From the NCBI RefSeq assembly GCF_009914755.1, contig NC_060930.1: a stretch of 64,000 nt of DNA, one strand, 5' to 3'. Below the pieces are notes generated by a model. That model did not search any database and was not told where the DNA came from. It saw only the letters and a program-made list of their open reading frames with translations. The stretch comes from the human T2T-CHM13v2.0 reference genome, Homo sapiens. The position numbers and the translations under genes were made by a program. Positions 42,795 to 64,000 of the stretch are shown in pieces; within the stretch, counting starts at the first letter, position 1; every line of letters starts with the position of its first letter.

Positions 42795-44285
42795 TTTTCA
42801 GGTCTCAGTGGAGGACGGGATCAGCCTGCGGGGAAGGGCGAGAAAAAGCAGAGATGGGGGTGAGCACAGACCTGTGACTGGGGACCCCATACAGGTTGCC
42901 ATGTCCACATAGGAGAGAGGATCCCCCATTCCCAGAAAGGCCCTTAGTCCTCTGGGACTTTGGCCAGGCCGGTCTCAAACTCCTGACCTCGTGAGTCTGC
43001 CTCGGCCATCCACAGTGCTGGGATTACAGGTGTGAGCCACCGTGCCTGGCCTCCTCTGGGACTTTTTATTCTTACTCCAGCATGGGTCCCAGTGAAGTCT
43101 GCTGGGAGGAAACAACTTACTGAACACTCCCTCTTTGAGGGAGACAGGGTAAGAAGGTGAGGCAGCCAAGGGCAGACTGAGGTATCTGCACCATCGAGGA
43201 GGGTGTGGCTGCAGCAGTGCCCGCTGGCTCTCAAGTTCATGCCACTCCTGGGGCAAGAGCCTGGGGGGTTTTTAGCTGTTCCTGGGGCCTCCTGCAGCCC
43301 ACCCAGCACATGCTTATTGCAAGCGAGCCACTGCCCAGCCAATGGCCCATGAAGGCTGTCCTCAGAGGCCCTACTTCCCTCTGGCTGGCCAGAACACACC
43401 TGTTTTTTAACTCTGGGCTGTTAGCCGCAAACATTTCCTGAGAGCCTAAGATATACTCTCCCACTTAGGAGCACTCTGTGGGTGGTGAACACTGGAAACT
43501 CACATGAACCCAGCAGGGTGAGCGCCATCATACCCACTTTACAGGCAGGAAAAGTGAGGCACAAAGAGTTGAGTGCCCGAGGTCACATCGTTAGTCACGG
43601 AAAGTCAGGTTGTTTGTCTGAATCTCCGTGAGTCCATGTACTCAACACGCATGCAAGATTTCTTTTCCAGTTTGTGGACCTCAGAGTGTGTTCTTTCTCA
43701 GGGCAACTTTCCCTATTTACCTCCTGTCTGTGCCTTCCCCACTGCTGCCTTGCAGTGACCGGAGGGAGCCCTCAGGATCAGGGCCTTCTTTGAAGCCCCA
43801 TAACCTGCCTCGTACTCCCACCACACACCTGGTCTTCTGTCCCCGGCCCCAATTTTCCTCTTTGCCTGGTCCTGACCGCAGCCCCAACCTGCTGTGACCC
43901 CTCATCAGGGCGAGTGTTTCCTGGATGTCAGCTGTTTCACTTTCAGTTTGCACCCCTCCCAGAGCCCCATTTCCCCAGGCAGCCTCCAGCCCTCAGAAGG
44001 AGAGCGCCCTCCTCCTATCCCAGAGGGAGGGGGTGTGCAGCCCCACCCTGGGCCAAGCACACAGCCCCACCCCCACCGCCCAGGGCCTGGGGACCTTCGC
44101 CCACCCTCCTTCCGCTAGGCCTGGGAGTGTTTTCGAAAGTGCCCCAAGAGCTCTCAAGAAGGGGTGGAGGAGGGCTGGACCACCTGTGCCCTCACCCAGC
44201 TCCCCACTCCTCCTCGATCTGCCGGACAGGGACAGGGTGAAGGCAGACCTTCCTCTCCTCCACCTCTAGGGGCAAGGCCTTGTTA

Positions 44286-44789
<504 letters not shown>

Positions 44790-45214
44790 CTAAATTCCCG
44801 GTGAGGGGAGCCACCCCCGACTTCCTGGGCTTGCTGGGCCCCGATGAATGTTGCCCAGGGATACATGCCTGGCCAGGCCCTGGACCCAGTCTAGGGATGT
44901 TGGGCAGCAGCAAGCGCTGAGAAAGTTCTCTCTCTGCCCTTGACCTTGGCTCTGACCTCCACTCCCATCTCCCAGACTGTTAAAGGACCCAGTTCTTACA
45001 GTTCTCCGGCATCCAGGGCTGGGCCAAGAGGGGAAGCTGTGAGGGGCAGCCAGAGGCAGGCATGGCAGGATCAGGTCCCCAGCCGGGGCGGCAGACCTGC
45101 CCAGGGAAGCCTTGAGCTTCCCCTTCCCCACCCGGCTCCCGGCAGGCTCCCTGCCCCACCCTGGGGCTGGGGCTGCTGAGATCTGGGAGGATGGACAAGA
45201 CCCTTCCAGCTTAC

Positions 45215-45466
45215 CTGCCGGGATCCTGGCCCAACCCGGGTGGCTCAGCAGGGTGGAGATGGAGGTCCCGAGGGGCTGGCGGCTGCTGCTCCCAGGGGCT
45301 GAGTGGGAGCCCAGTTTCCAGGAATGGGCGTCAGTGCATTCCCGGCATCTGGATGTAGCCTTTACTTGTCCCTGTGCAGCCCGAGGGACCCGCGAGACTC
45401 CAGTGATCATAGAGGTGCCAGCGGCACCCGGCTCCAATCAGCTCCCTCTAGAGGAAGTTGCTCTGT
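45215..45466 (-). other. BAK1: BAK1 exon 1 (non-coding 5' UTR exon); TSS approximate
   Basis: Donor CAG|gtaagc at 45215/45214. GC-rich, with an ETS-like ACTTCCTC near the 5' end. The 5' end (ACAGAGCAACTTCC, 45466) is from recall of the mRNA and is not provable from sequence. Confidence 0.85.
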
Positions 45467-45720
45467 GGCCACCGGATGCAGACGCACAGGCCGACAGCCT
45501 GTAGGGTGATCTGGGTGGGCCAGGCCCAGGAGCATGTCCCGCCCACTTTCCCCACCCCACCTCCCAGGCAGGCAGGGCGGCTGTCAGTGGCCCACTGCTT
45601 TTCCCATCCCTGATTCTCAATCCTTGTCTTTGATCTTCTCCCCCACCTCTACATCAATCAATACCAATAAAAAACCCAGGGTGAGAAGTTTCTTAAGCAC
45701 TGCTGCATGCCTGGCACTTT
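45430..45720 (-). promoter_or_regulatory. BAK1 proximal promoter (TATA-less; GC box, CACCC boxes, ETS, CCAAT, p53-type half site)
   Basis: CCCGCCC 45538-45544, CCCCACCCCACC ~45550, GAGGAAGT 45451-58, CCAATCAG 45434-41, GAGCATGTCC 45530-39. Confidence 0.7.
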
Positions 45721-45828
45721 AGCAACTATTTGTCTCATTGGATCTTCTCAGCAACTCTTGTAAGTGAGTGCTGTTGACAATACCCATTCAGATGAACAGA
45801 GGCTCAGCTGGGTTAATCATCAGTTCTG

Positions 45829-48421
<2,593 letters not shown>

Positions 48422-50139
48422 ACTTAGTGGGGTCTGTGCTACCACCTGGACACAAAACCTGGATGCTAAGAGGGAAGACAGATACTGTCTGGCTGCTGGG
48501 AGTGTTCTTGAGGACAGAACAAACCCAGGAAGGACAGAGGTGTGTGCAGTCCTCAATAGCCCCTGCCCTCAGGGTTCAGTTCCCTCCCTGCCTCTCCCTG
48601 TTTGCTCCCTGCCAAGCTTCCTGGGGCTCTCACATCTTTTCCTCCAAGTCTCCACCCCCTTTCCCCCAAAATCCCTGCCTGCCCCCCACACCTCCTTCCC
48701 TGCTTCATCAAACCCCTGCCCCCTCTACCTCCAACTAATCTCCCCCAACCTCCCATCCTCCCCAGTCTTTGCTTCCCAGAATTCTGGGAAGTTTCCAACT
48801 GGAGGTTTTAATTTGAAAACTCTTCCTGTTCTTAAGCAGTTGGTCCTGGGGTGGCTGTTACAGGATCTGAATTGGGGACCTTCTCAGGATGGAGGCCCCA
48901 GCTCCGAAGCCCTGATCATGAATTTCAGGCTGCTCCTCCATGTTCCGCCACCAGGGTGCCATTTCCCTGATGATGAGCCAAGAGGGACATGTGAGGAGGA
49001 GGGGGCCGGGACCATCTGCCTTGCCGCCCCACCCCTTCTCTGTGGCCATACCCAGGGGCTTCTCAAAACGGTCACAGCAGCCTCCCTTAAAGCTGGGCAT
49101 GGGGCGTATGGTGACCTACACCTGCAAGAGCAAGAAGGCCTGGCGGAGAGGTGAAGTCAGTTCTGCCCATAGCAAGCCAGGAGGTGTTGGGCAACCTGCC
49201 TGAGAAGGAGGGGAAGGAGCCAGCAGGGGACGCCTCTGGGAAAACAGGGGCCTCAGACAGGTGAGGGGCTGGAATTGGGGGGTACCCAGGTTGGCAAGGC
49301 CTGGGACAGAGGTACTGAGAAGAGGCCTGGACATGAGATGGGGGAAGGGCATGGGCCTGAGATGGGGGACCCATGCTGGGGAGGGTCTGGGGAGGGAGGC
49401 CTTGGGTGGGTAAAGGTCTGGAACAGGGCACCTGGTGGGGAAGGACAGGGAGATGTGGGTGGGGCCAACGGACAGAAGCATCTGGTGGGGAGGAGGCTGG
49501 AGATGGGGATTTGGTTTGGGAAGGAGGGAGAGATGGGGTCCTCCCACAAGTGAGGGGTTGTGGATGGGGGATACCAGATATGAAAGAGGACAGGCTAGGG
49601 AGTAGAAAGGGAATATGCCAGGGCCAGAGGGACGGGGGGTCCTGTTGCTCCCAGCTCCTTCTACAGGCCTGGCAGCCATCCCCTGTGAGGACAGGGACCC
49701 ACCTCTCTCTGTTCCCCACCCCCTCATCACCCTACTTTTGAGAGCGATAATCCCCCTCTATGATGAGGACCCCAGATGCAGAGCAGGGGGCTGATGGGAG
49801 AGGAAGGCTGCAGAGGGCCAGCAGACCTGTAGGTGAGCCTTGGGGGAGGTTTAGGGGGTCTCTGTCACATCTCTGAGCCCCACCTGCCTCCCTCACCTGA
49901 CTGTGCTTTGGGATTAGCAGCCACTTTATCCAGATCCTGCAGTTGAAGGAAGAATACCTGCAGAGAGCCACAGGGCCCCGTGAGGTCAGCCCTGAGCCCT
50001 CCACCAGGGAGAAGGAGTGTCTGCTTGAAGGTGAGTGTGGTGGCCATAGGCATAGGGGAAGCGCCAGAAACGGACCCTCTTCCTGTAGAACTTCTTAGGG
50101 GTGTGGGGCCTGGCAGGACACGGGACACATTTTGAGGGA

Positions 50140-50355
50140 CTGCTGGAGTCAGACTGCCTGGGTTCAAATGCCAGTTCTAACATGCTGAGCCGTGCGATGG
50201 GTGGCAGCTTGCTCAACCTCTCTGCGTCTGTTTCCTCGTCTTTAAAGTGGGAATATAATAGTAGCTATCCTTGAAGGAAGTTGCAAGGATGAACTGAGAT
50301 ACTCTTTGTAAAATGCCCAGAACGGTGTGTGGCACACAGTAGGCATTTGCTAAAG
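50140..50355 (+). mobile_element. MIR (further MIRs near 4745, 36790, 39920, 43470, 45690, 51300, 52300, 57000)
   Basis: CTGGAGTCAGACTGCCTGGGTTCAAAT...CTGTTTCCTCGTCTTTAAAGTGGGAATATAATAGTA core. Confidence 0.75.
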
Positions 50356-50814
50356 AAAACAAGACAACCCCACCCACAACTCAGCCCCCTGTGTGCTTGC
50401 CCTCCAAGGCCTGGACCACCCCACTTGCTGCCAGCCTGTCAGTGACCACCACCCATTCACAGGAGACTGCGTGTTGGCCTCTTCCAGGGTGGAGGCAACT
50501 CCTTGGAACCACTTCCACAGTTTGGACAAGGAGCTTCAAAACTCGGCCATGGCCAAGGTCTGTGGGTGATGGGGTCATGAGGCATGGGTTGGGGCCTTTC
50601 CCACATCAGGCTGGGCCCCAGAATATGTGGCCTGGGCCTGGAAGGAGCAGTCCCCTTTCTTAGCCTTTAGGGACATGTTGCCTCCTGCTTCCTGTCTTGC
50701 CTAGGGGTGGGGTGGGGCTGCAGGCCTGGGGTCCTGGGCCTCCTCACCTGCTCAGAGACTGGCTGGACTCCTCTCCAAGGTTTGCCCAGCGAGGAGAAAA
50801 GTGAGGAAGAGAAA

Positions 50815-54216
<3,402 letters not shown>

Positions 54217-54405
54217 AGCCGGTGCTGGCCCTGAGTCTGCCCTGCCCAGATCCCCGGAGCTGGTACATGGAGTATGTCTTTTCTTAGGGTACATCTAAGG
54301 ATCCCCTGTGGCCAGCGGGTCTTGAGACACAGTGTCCATGTGTCTGTAGGATGGGCCTGCCCCAAATTCTATCCCACCCAGCCAACTCAGGCCTGTGATG
54401 TTATT

Positions 54406-54411
54406 AATAAA
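54406..54411 (+). terminator. Probable GGNBP1 polyadenylation signal AATAAA
   Basis: AATAAA 190 nt after the TGA, followed by T/G-rich sequence. Confidence 0.65.
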
Positions 54412-56103
54412 AATGTGCTTTGACTTTGGCCTCATTGTTGGCTGTCTTTGGACCCCAACCCCCAATCTTCAACCCTGGAGCAAGCCCAGTCTATCTGAGG
54501 TCTTGATCTAGTCCCCAGTCTGTGCCCATGGGGCTGCTAGGGCTGCCCTGCTGCAGAGTGGAGGGGTTGCAGCAGGGCATCTGTGCAGAGAGGGCAGGAG
54601 GTCTAGTTGGCCTGACCTAGGGCTGGGGAAGGACCCAAGGCCCAGAGTGCCAGGGGACCCTGCTGCCCACAAGCCGTGCCCCTGTTAGGAGGGGTGTCCC
54701 TGACTTCCCTCCCTCCCTAAGTTCCCAGGCTGTGCTGCAGCCTCCTAGGGAGGATCCGGGAATTCTCCAGCAGGAAGTTCCTGCCCAGCCAGCCCAAGGA
54801 CAAAGCCAGGAAAGAGGCCCTGGGATGGGGGATCTGCCTCGGGAGGGCGGGCCTGGGTAAGCCAGGGGTCCCTGGTGTCCAGTGTTGCCTAATCTCAAAA
54901 GTAAGGGTGGGCTTGGGATGGAGTGCATAATGATGGGCCTTACTGGCCAGGGAAGGAGACCGACACACCTGGCTTCCCAGAGATGAGATGGGCAGCAGGG
55001 CCAGGCCTAGTTTGGACACCAGGAGGTGCTGTTCACCAGAAGGTCCTGCTGGCTTCCCTGTGGGGTCCCCCGTTCCTTCCTTTCTTTCTGCCTGGGTCCA
55101 GGCTCTGAGACCCCTCAGCAGATGTATGAGAAAAAGAGCTCACTGTCCCCAGCTCTTTTCAACATGACTGCTATCCATGGATGCTTGTCTGATGGTCCCC
55201 ATGGGTCCCCACTGTGTCTAGCCCGAGGCCTGTTGCAGAGCTGAAGTTCAGTATCAGAACATGATGGCTATTCTTAGTAATCGCGGTGATTGATAACAAC
55301 AGCTGTTGGTTGGATGGCCGGCCCTGTGGCCACAGACTTGGCGTGGGGAGACAGAAACTGTAGCAGCCTGGTCCCCTGCCCTGGCCCAGGCCAGCCCAGT
55401 GAAGGTGGGAGTCCCTGCCTCTGTCCCCCAGCCTGCAGGGTGTGGGTGGAGCCTGGAGAGGGCTGAAGGCTTTCTCCTGGACTTCCTGGCCAGAGCCCAT
55501 GGTGTCCTTGACTCAGACCCCGAGCTGGGGCCGGGTGGAAGGGCCCATCTGGACTGCCCCCCTGAGTCAGCCAGGAGGCAGCCTTGTGACCAGATGACTC
55601 ACCTGTGCCCTAATTGCCCTGTTAATCATTTCCTCCCAGAGTGTTCTCTGTTGGGAAGGGTGGGGCCTTGCAGGGCTTCCCTGGGAGCACCTGGATGAGG
55701 GGGGAGGGGCAGAGGGGGGCAGAAACCTTGGTTCGGGGTGTGGGACCCTGGGCTGGTCACCCTTCCTCTCTGTTCCTCATTTTCCCTGTCTCTCCAGTGA
55801 GGCCCATGGCACCTTCTTGTCCACTCCTGGGATTCCTCTGAACTGCGGGGGTCTGTGAGGCTGGGAAGTGTGGTGTGCTGGCGCTGTCCCTGGAGCAGGA
55901 GGGGGTCTGTGTGCTGGAGCAGGCCTGAGGGCCTCTTCCCAGACACACAGTGTCCTGGGCTGGTTTCTGCGGAAGGGCCTGGCTTGACATTTCTGGGTGG
56001 TGAAGGCAGAGGTGACCCAAGGACCTGCTGTGGGGGAAGGCCCCGTGGGTGAGGGCAGAGGGCTGGGCTCGGGTCAAGGCTAGAATGGTGAGAGCCCAAG
56101 CGT

Positions 56104-56229
56104 TCCTGAAAGGCCTCAGAGAACACTGCAGGCGCAGGCCTGCAGGGCGGGGCTGAGGACTGGGGATCCTGAAACGCCTCAGAGAACACTACAAGGGCAG
56201 GCCTGTGGGGTGGGCCCGAGGACTGGGGA
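56104..56229. repeat. 2 x 63-bp diverged tandem duplication
   Basis: TCCTGAAA.GCCTCAGAGAACACT.CA.G.GCAGGCCTG...GAGGACTGGGGA at 56104 and 56167. Confidence 0.9.
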
Positions 56230-57238
56230 GCATTGCAGCATTGCCTTCTCCCCCTTGCATAGAGACATCTGGGGACAGCTTCCACGGCCCCTCCTGCACC
56301 AGCACACTCACTCGGCCGAAGGGCCAGCGGGACTGAAGCCCAGCCCATCACACTCACTCACCAGGCCCTGGGAGGGGTAGCATCCCCCCGGAGGGTGCCT
56401 TTCCTAACTTGTTCAAAAGGGACAATGGGCTGGCAGTGGCCCTGATTGGGTCCATGAGGTTTGGAGCATTGCGAAGGGACTTGCCAAATCTCTGTCACTC
56501 TCCTGGTCTCTCCCTGTTGGTATATAAATGTGTCCCTGTGTGTGTGTTTCTGTCTCTGCCCTGTCTCCCCATGTCTCCCAGTGTCTCTGTCTCTCTCACT
56601 GTATCTCAGGTGGGATGAAGGCAAAAGCAAAGAGGCACCCAGGTCCATTCTGAGAGAGTTTAGGGACTCAGTGGTGGCTGAAAGGAAGGCAGTGGGTTGG
56701 GTCATTTAGGAGCTGGGGGTCAGGGTGGGTGGTCCCAGGAAAATGTGGGCAGGGCCAAAGGTGGGCCTATCCACCTCAGGAGACTGTATGATCCCCCTCC
56801 TGTGGCCCCCTGGCCAAGACCTCCCAGGGAGATGGTGCCTCAGGCCCTGTCTGGGGTCACTGGGGGTCAGCCTGGCCTACACTAGGGTGAAGGGAGGGCA
56901 AAACCGGAGATTTTGCTCCCCTTCTCAACTGGGAGATGAGCTGGAAAGCAGAGAGGCAGAGGGGAGAGACTCAGCTGGGTTGAAACCTGGCTCCCACTGC
57001 AGCAAGCTCATATGACGGCAGACAAGTCTCATATCTCTCTGAATCTCAGTCTCCACGTCTGTGCAATGGGTGAATGAAGAGCTGCTTGGCTCGTAGAAGA
57101 TTCTCAAAGAATCCGTGGGGCCGGGCACAGTGGCTCACGCCTGCAATCCCAGCACTTTGGGGGCCATGGCTGGTGGATCACCTGAGGTCAGGAGTTCGAG
57201 ACCCGCCTGGTCAAAATGATGAAACCCTATCTCTACTA

Positions 57239-57442
<204 letters not shown>

Positions 57443-57879
57443 CTACATCCTAGTCCTGTTCTAGGCACTGGGGAATAGAGCAATGAGCAAGACATACACA
57501 ACCTCCACTTTGGGGGGCTTACATTATTGCTAGTGAGATAAACAACAGATACGCCAGGGTGAGAGGTGCTATGAAGAAAGCTGAGACTGGATAGTTGGGG
57601 GGATATCACAGAGGGATGAGGAGGCCTTGCTGAGGAGGTCGTGTGCCGGAAGCCAGGGAGGGAGCCATCTGGGGGAAGGGCAGCCATGGGCACAGCAAGT
57701 GCGTCGCCCTGAGGCAGGAGCAGGACTGGTGGGTTTGAGGAAAGGGATCCGTGGAGCTGGAAAGGCATACGTGGGAGGGGGTGGGACAGGAGGTGAGGTC
57801 AGAAAGGAAATGTGGAGATGCGCTTTGCTGATCATGGGTTTGGGGGTTTGTTTCTTTCTCTTTTTATCTCTGTCGCTCG

Positions 57880-58690
57880 GGCTGGAGTGCAGTGACGCGA
57901 TGACAGCTCACTGCAACCTCCACTCCTGGGCTCAGGCGATCCTCCCGCCTCAGCGAGGACTGCAGGCGCGCGCCACCGCACCAGGCTTGGGTTTCTCGGA
58001 TCCAGTGTGGAGTGATGCGATGTGGTTTGCATATTTAAAGCTCCCTGGGCTGCCGAGGAGGAAAGGCTGTAGGGGGCGGGGCCTGAAACAGGGAGGCAGG
58101 TTCCGAGGCTGCCGCAGGCGTGGGGCGGGGTCGTCTGGCTGTGACTTACTGCAGAGAGTATGAGGGGGAACCAAGAGGGTACTTACCACTAAGGGGAGCG
58201 CCTTGGCCAGCACCTCTGCTCAGTGGGGAGCCAGGCCCCGCCCCAGGTGGTACCTTCCCCCTTGCCCCATATGAGGGGCTTGTGGGGGACTTTGTCTCCA
58301 TCATCCGCAGGGTGGAGCGGGGCGGCCTGGGACCTGGAGTCCGGGAAGAGTCGAAGGCCTGTGGGCGGCCGAGGTCACGCGTGGGCGCCTGCGGGGGGAG
58401 GGCGGAACCAAGAGGTTGGCACCGCAGTGCCTGTGCGCACCGAAGTGCAGCAAACACGTCTCGGCCACGACTGCCAGGCCACCCCAGGCTCCAGCGGAGC
58501 GTGCGTACCTGCGCAGGCGCTCGCATCTGAGAACTGCCGAACCGTGCCACATTTCCGTTCCCTCTGGCCTCGCCCTCAGGGGTCGACCGGCGGCGGAGCG
58601 CGGGGCCTCCTGTGCTGAAGGCAGCTCCCTGGCCTCCAGAAACTCACAGTCAGTGGTGGGAGGGCCGTAACAGACCCGCGCAGTTAAGAA
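57880..58690. promoter_or_regulatory. CpG-rich region / LINC00336 promoter-exon 1
   Basis: High CpG density, GGGGCGGGG boxes (~58072, ~58122), TGCGCA motifs. Confidence 0.6.
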
Positions 58691-58981
58691 CCAGATGATG
58701 ATGTTGCTGTAGTATAGTTTGGAGAGTGCAGAGAAGGAAGCAAGCAATGCCAGCAGGGAGGAATCCAGAAGGCTTCCAGGAGAAGGCACCATTTATGATT
58801 TGGGCTTGTATCAGGAGGAGGAAGTTGACAGGTGAAATAAGGGGAGGGCATGCCTGCCAGGCGAACAGTCTGTGATTGGGAAGTGTCCAGTCTGCACCAT
58901 GACCCCACTGTCCACCTTCCTGACCAAGTAGGAACCATTTGGACTCCTCTATTGTCCTGGGCCTCCTTGTTTAGTCCACCC

Positions 58982-64000
<5,019 letters not shown>

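Noticed and set aside
48540-49730. Several ~200-aa Pro/Gly-rich ORFs on both strands
   Set aside because: Products of low-complexity C/G skew. The true GGNBP1 frame here is interrupted by stops.
55626-56357. 243-aa minus ORF with an internal repeat
   Set aside because: The repeat is simply the 63-bp tandem duplication; GC-rich, non-ATG start, no domain.

Overview
Human (primate) genomic DNA, recognisable as the 6p21.31 BAK1 locus. Positions 1-31.9 kb are very Alu-rich, with L1/L2/MIR, Tigger3, MER96, MaLR and ERV1-LTR remnants and a 7SL pseudogene. The complete BAK1 gene lies on the minus strand (~45466 to ~37742). It has 6 exons and a 211-aa CDS with every splice junction traceable, plus a 20-nt poison microexon (N-Bak). 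Upstream of BAK1, beyond a 2.6-kb run of co-oriented Alus, is the multi-exon unitary pseudogene GGNBP1 (+), whose inactivating lesions can be read directly. LINC00336 (-) overlaps it antisense. Least expected observations: (1) a phase-1/phase-1 105-nt KRAB-B-box exon with a dead donor at 12821-12925 (-), suggesting a fossil KRAB gene among the Alus, possibly linked to an orphan YY1/GC-box CpG promoter at ~36.6 kb; (2) a 99-bp, 93%-identical copy of BAK1 intron 4 sitting 10.7 kb away. Nearly all ORFs in the supplied track are Alu- or GC-derived artefacts. Gene names, orthologue comparisons and repeat subfamilies come from memory, not from a database search.
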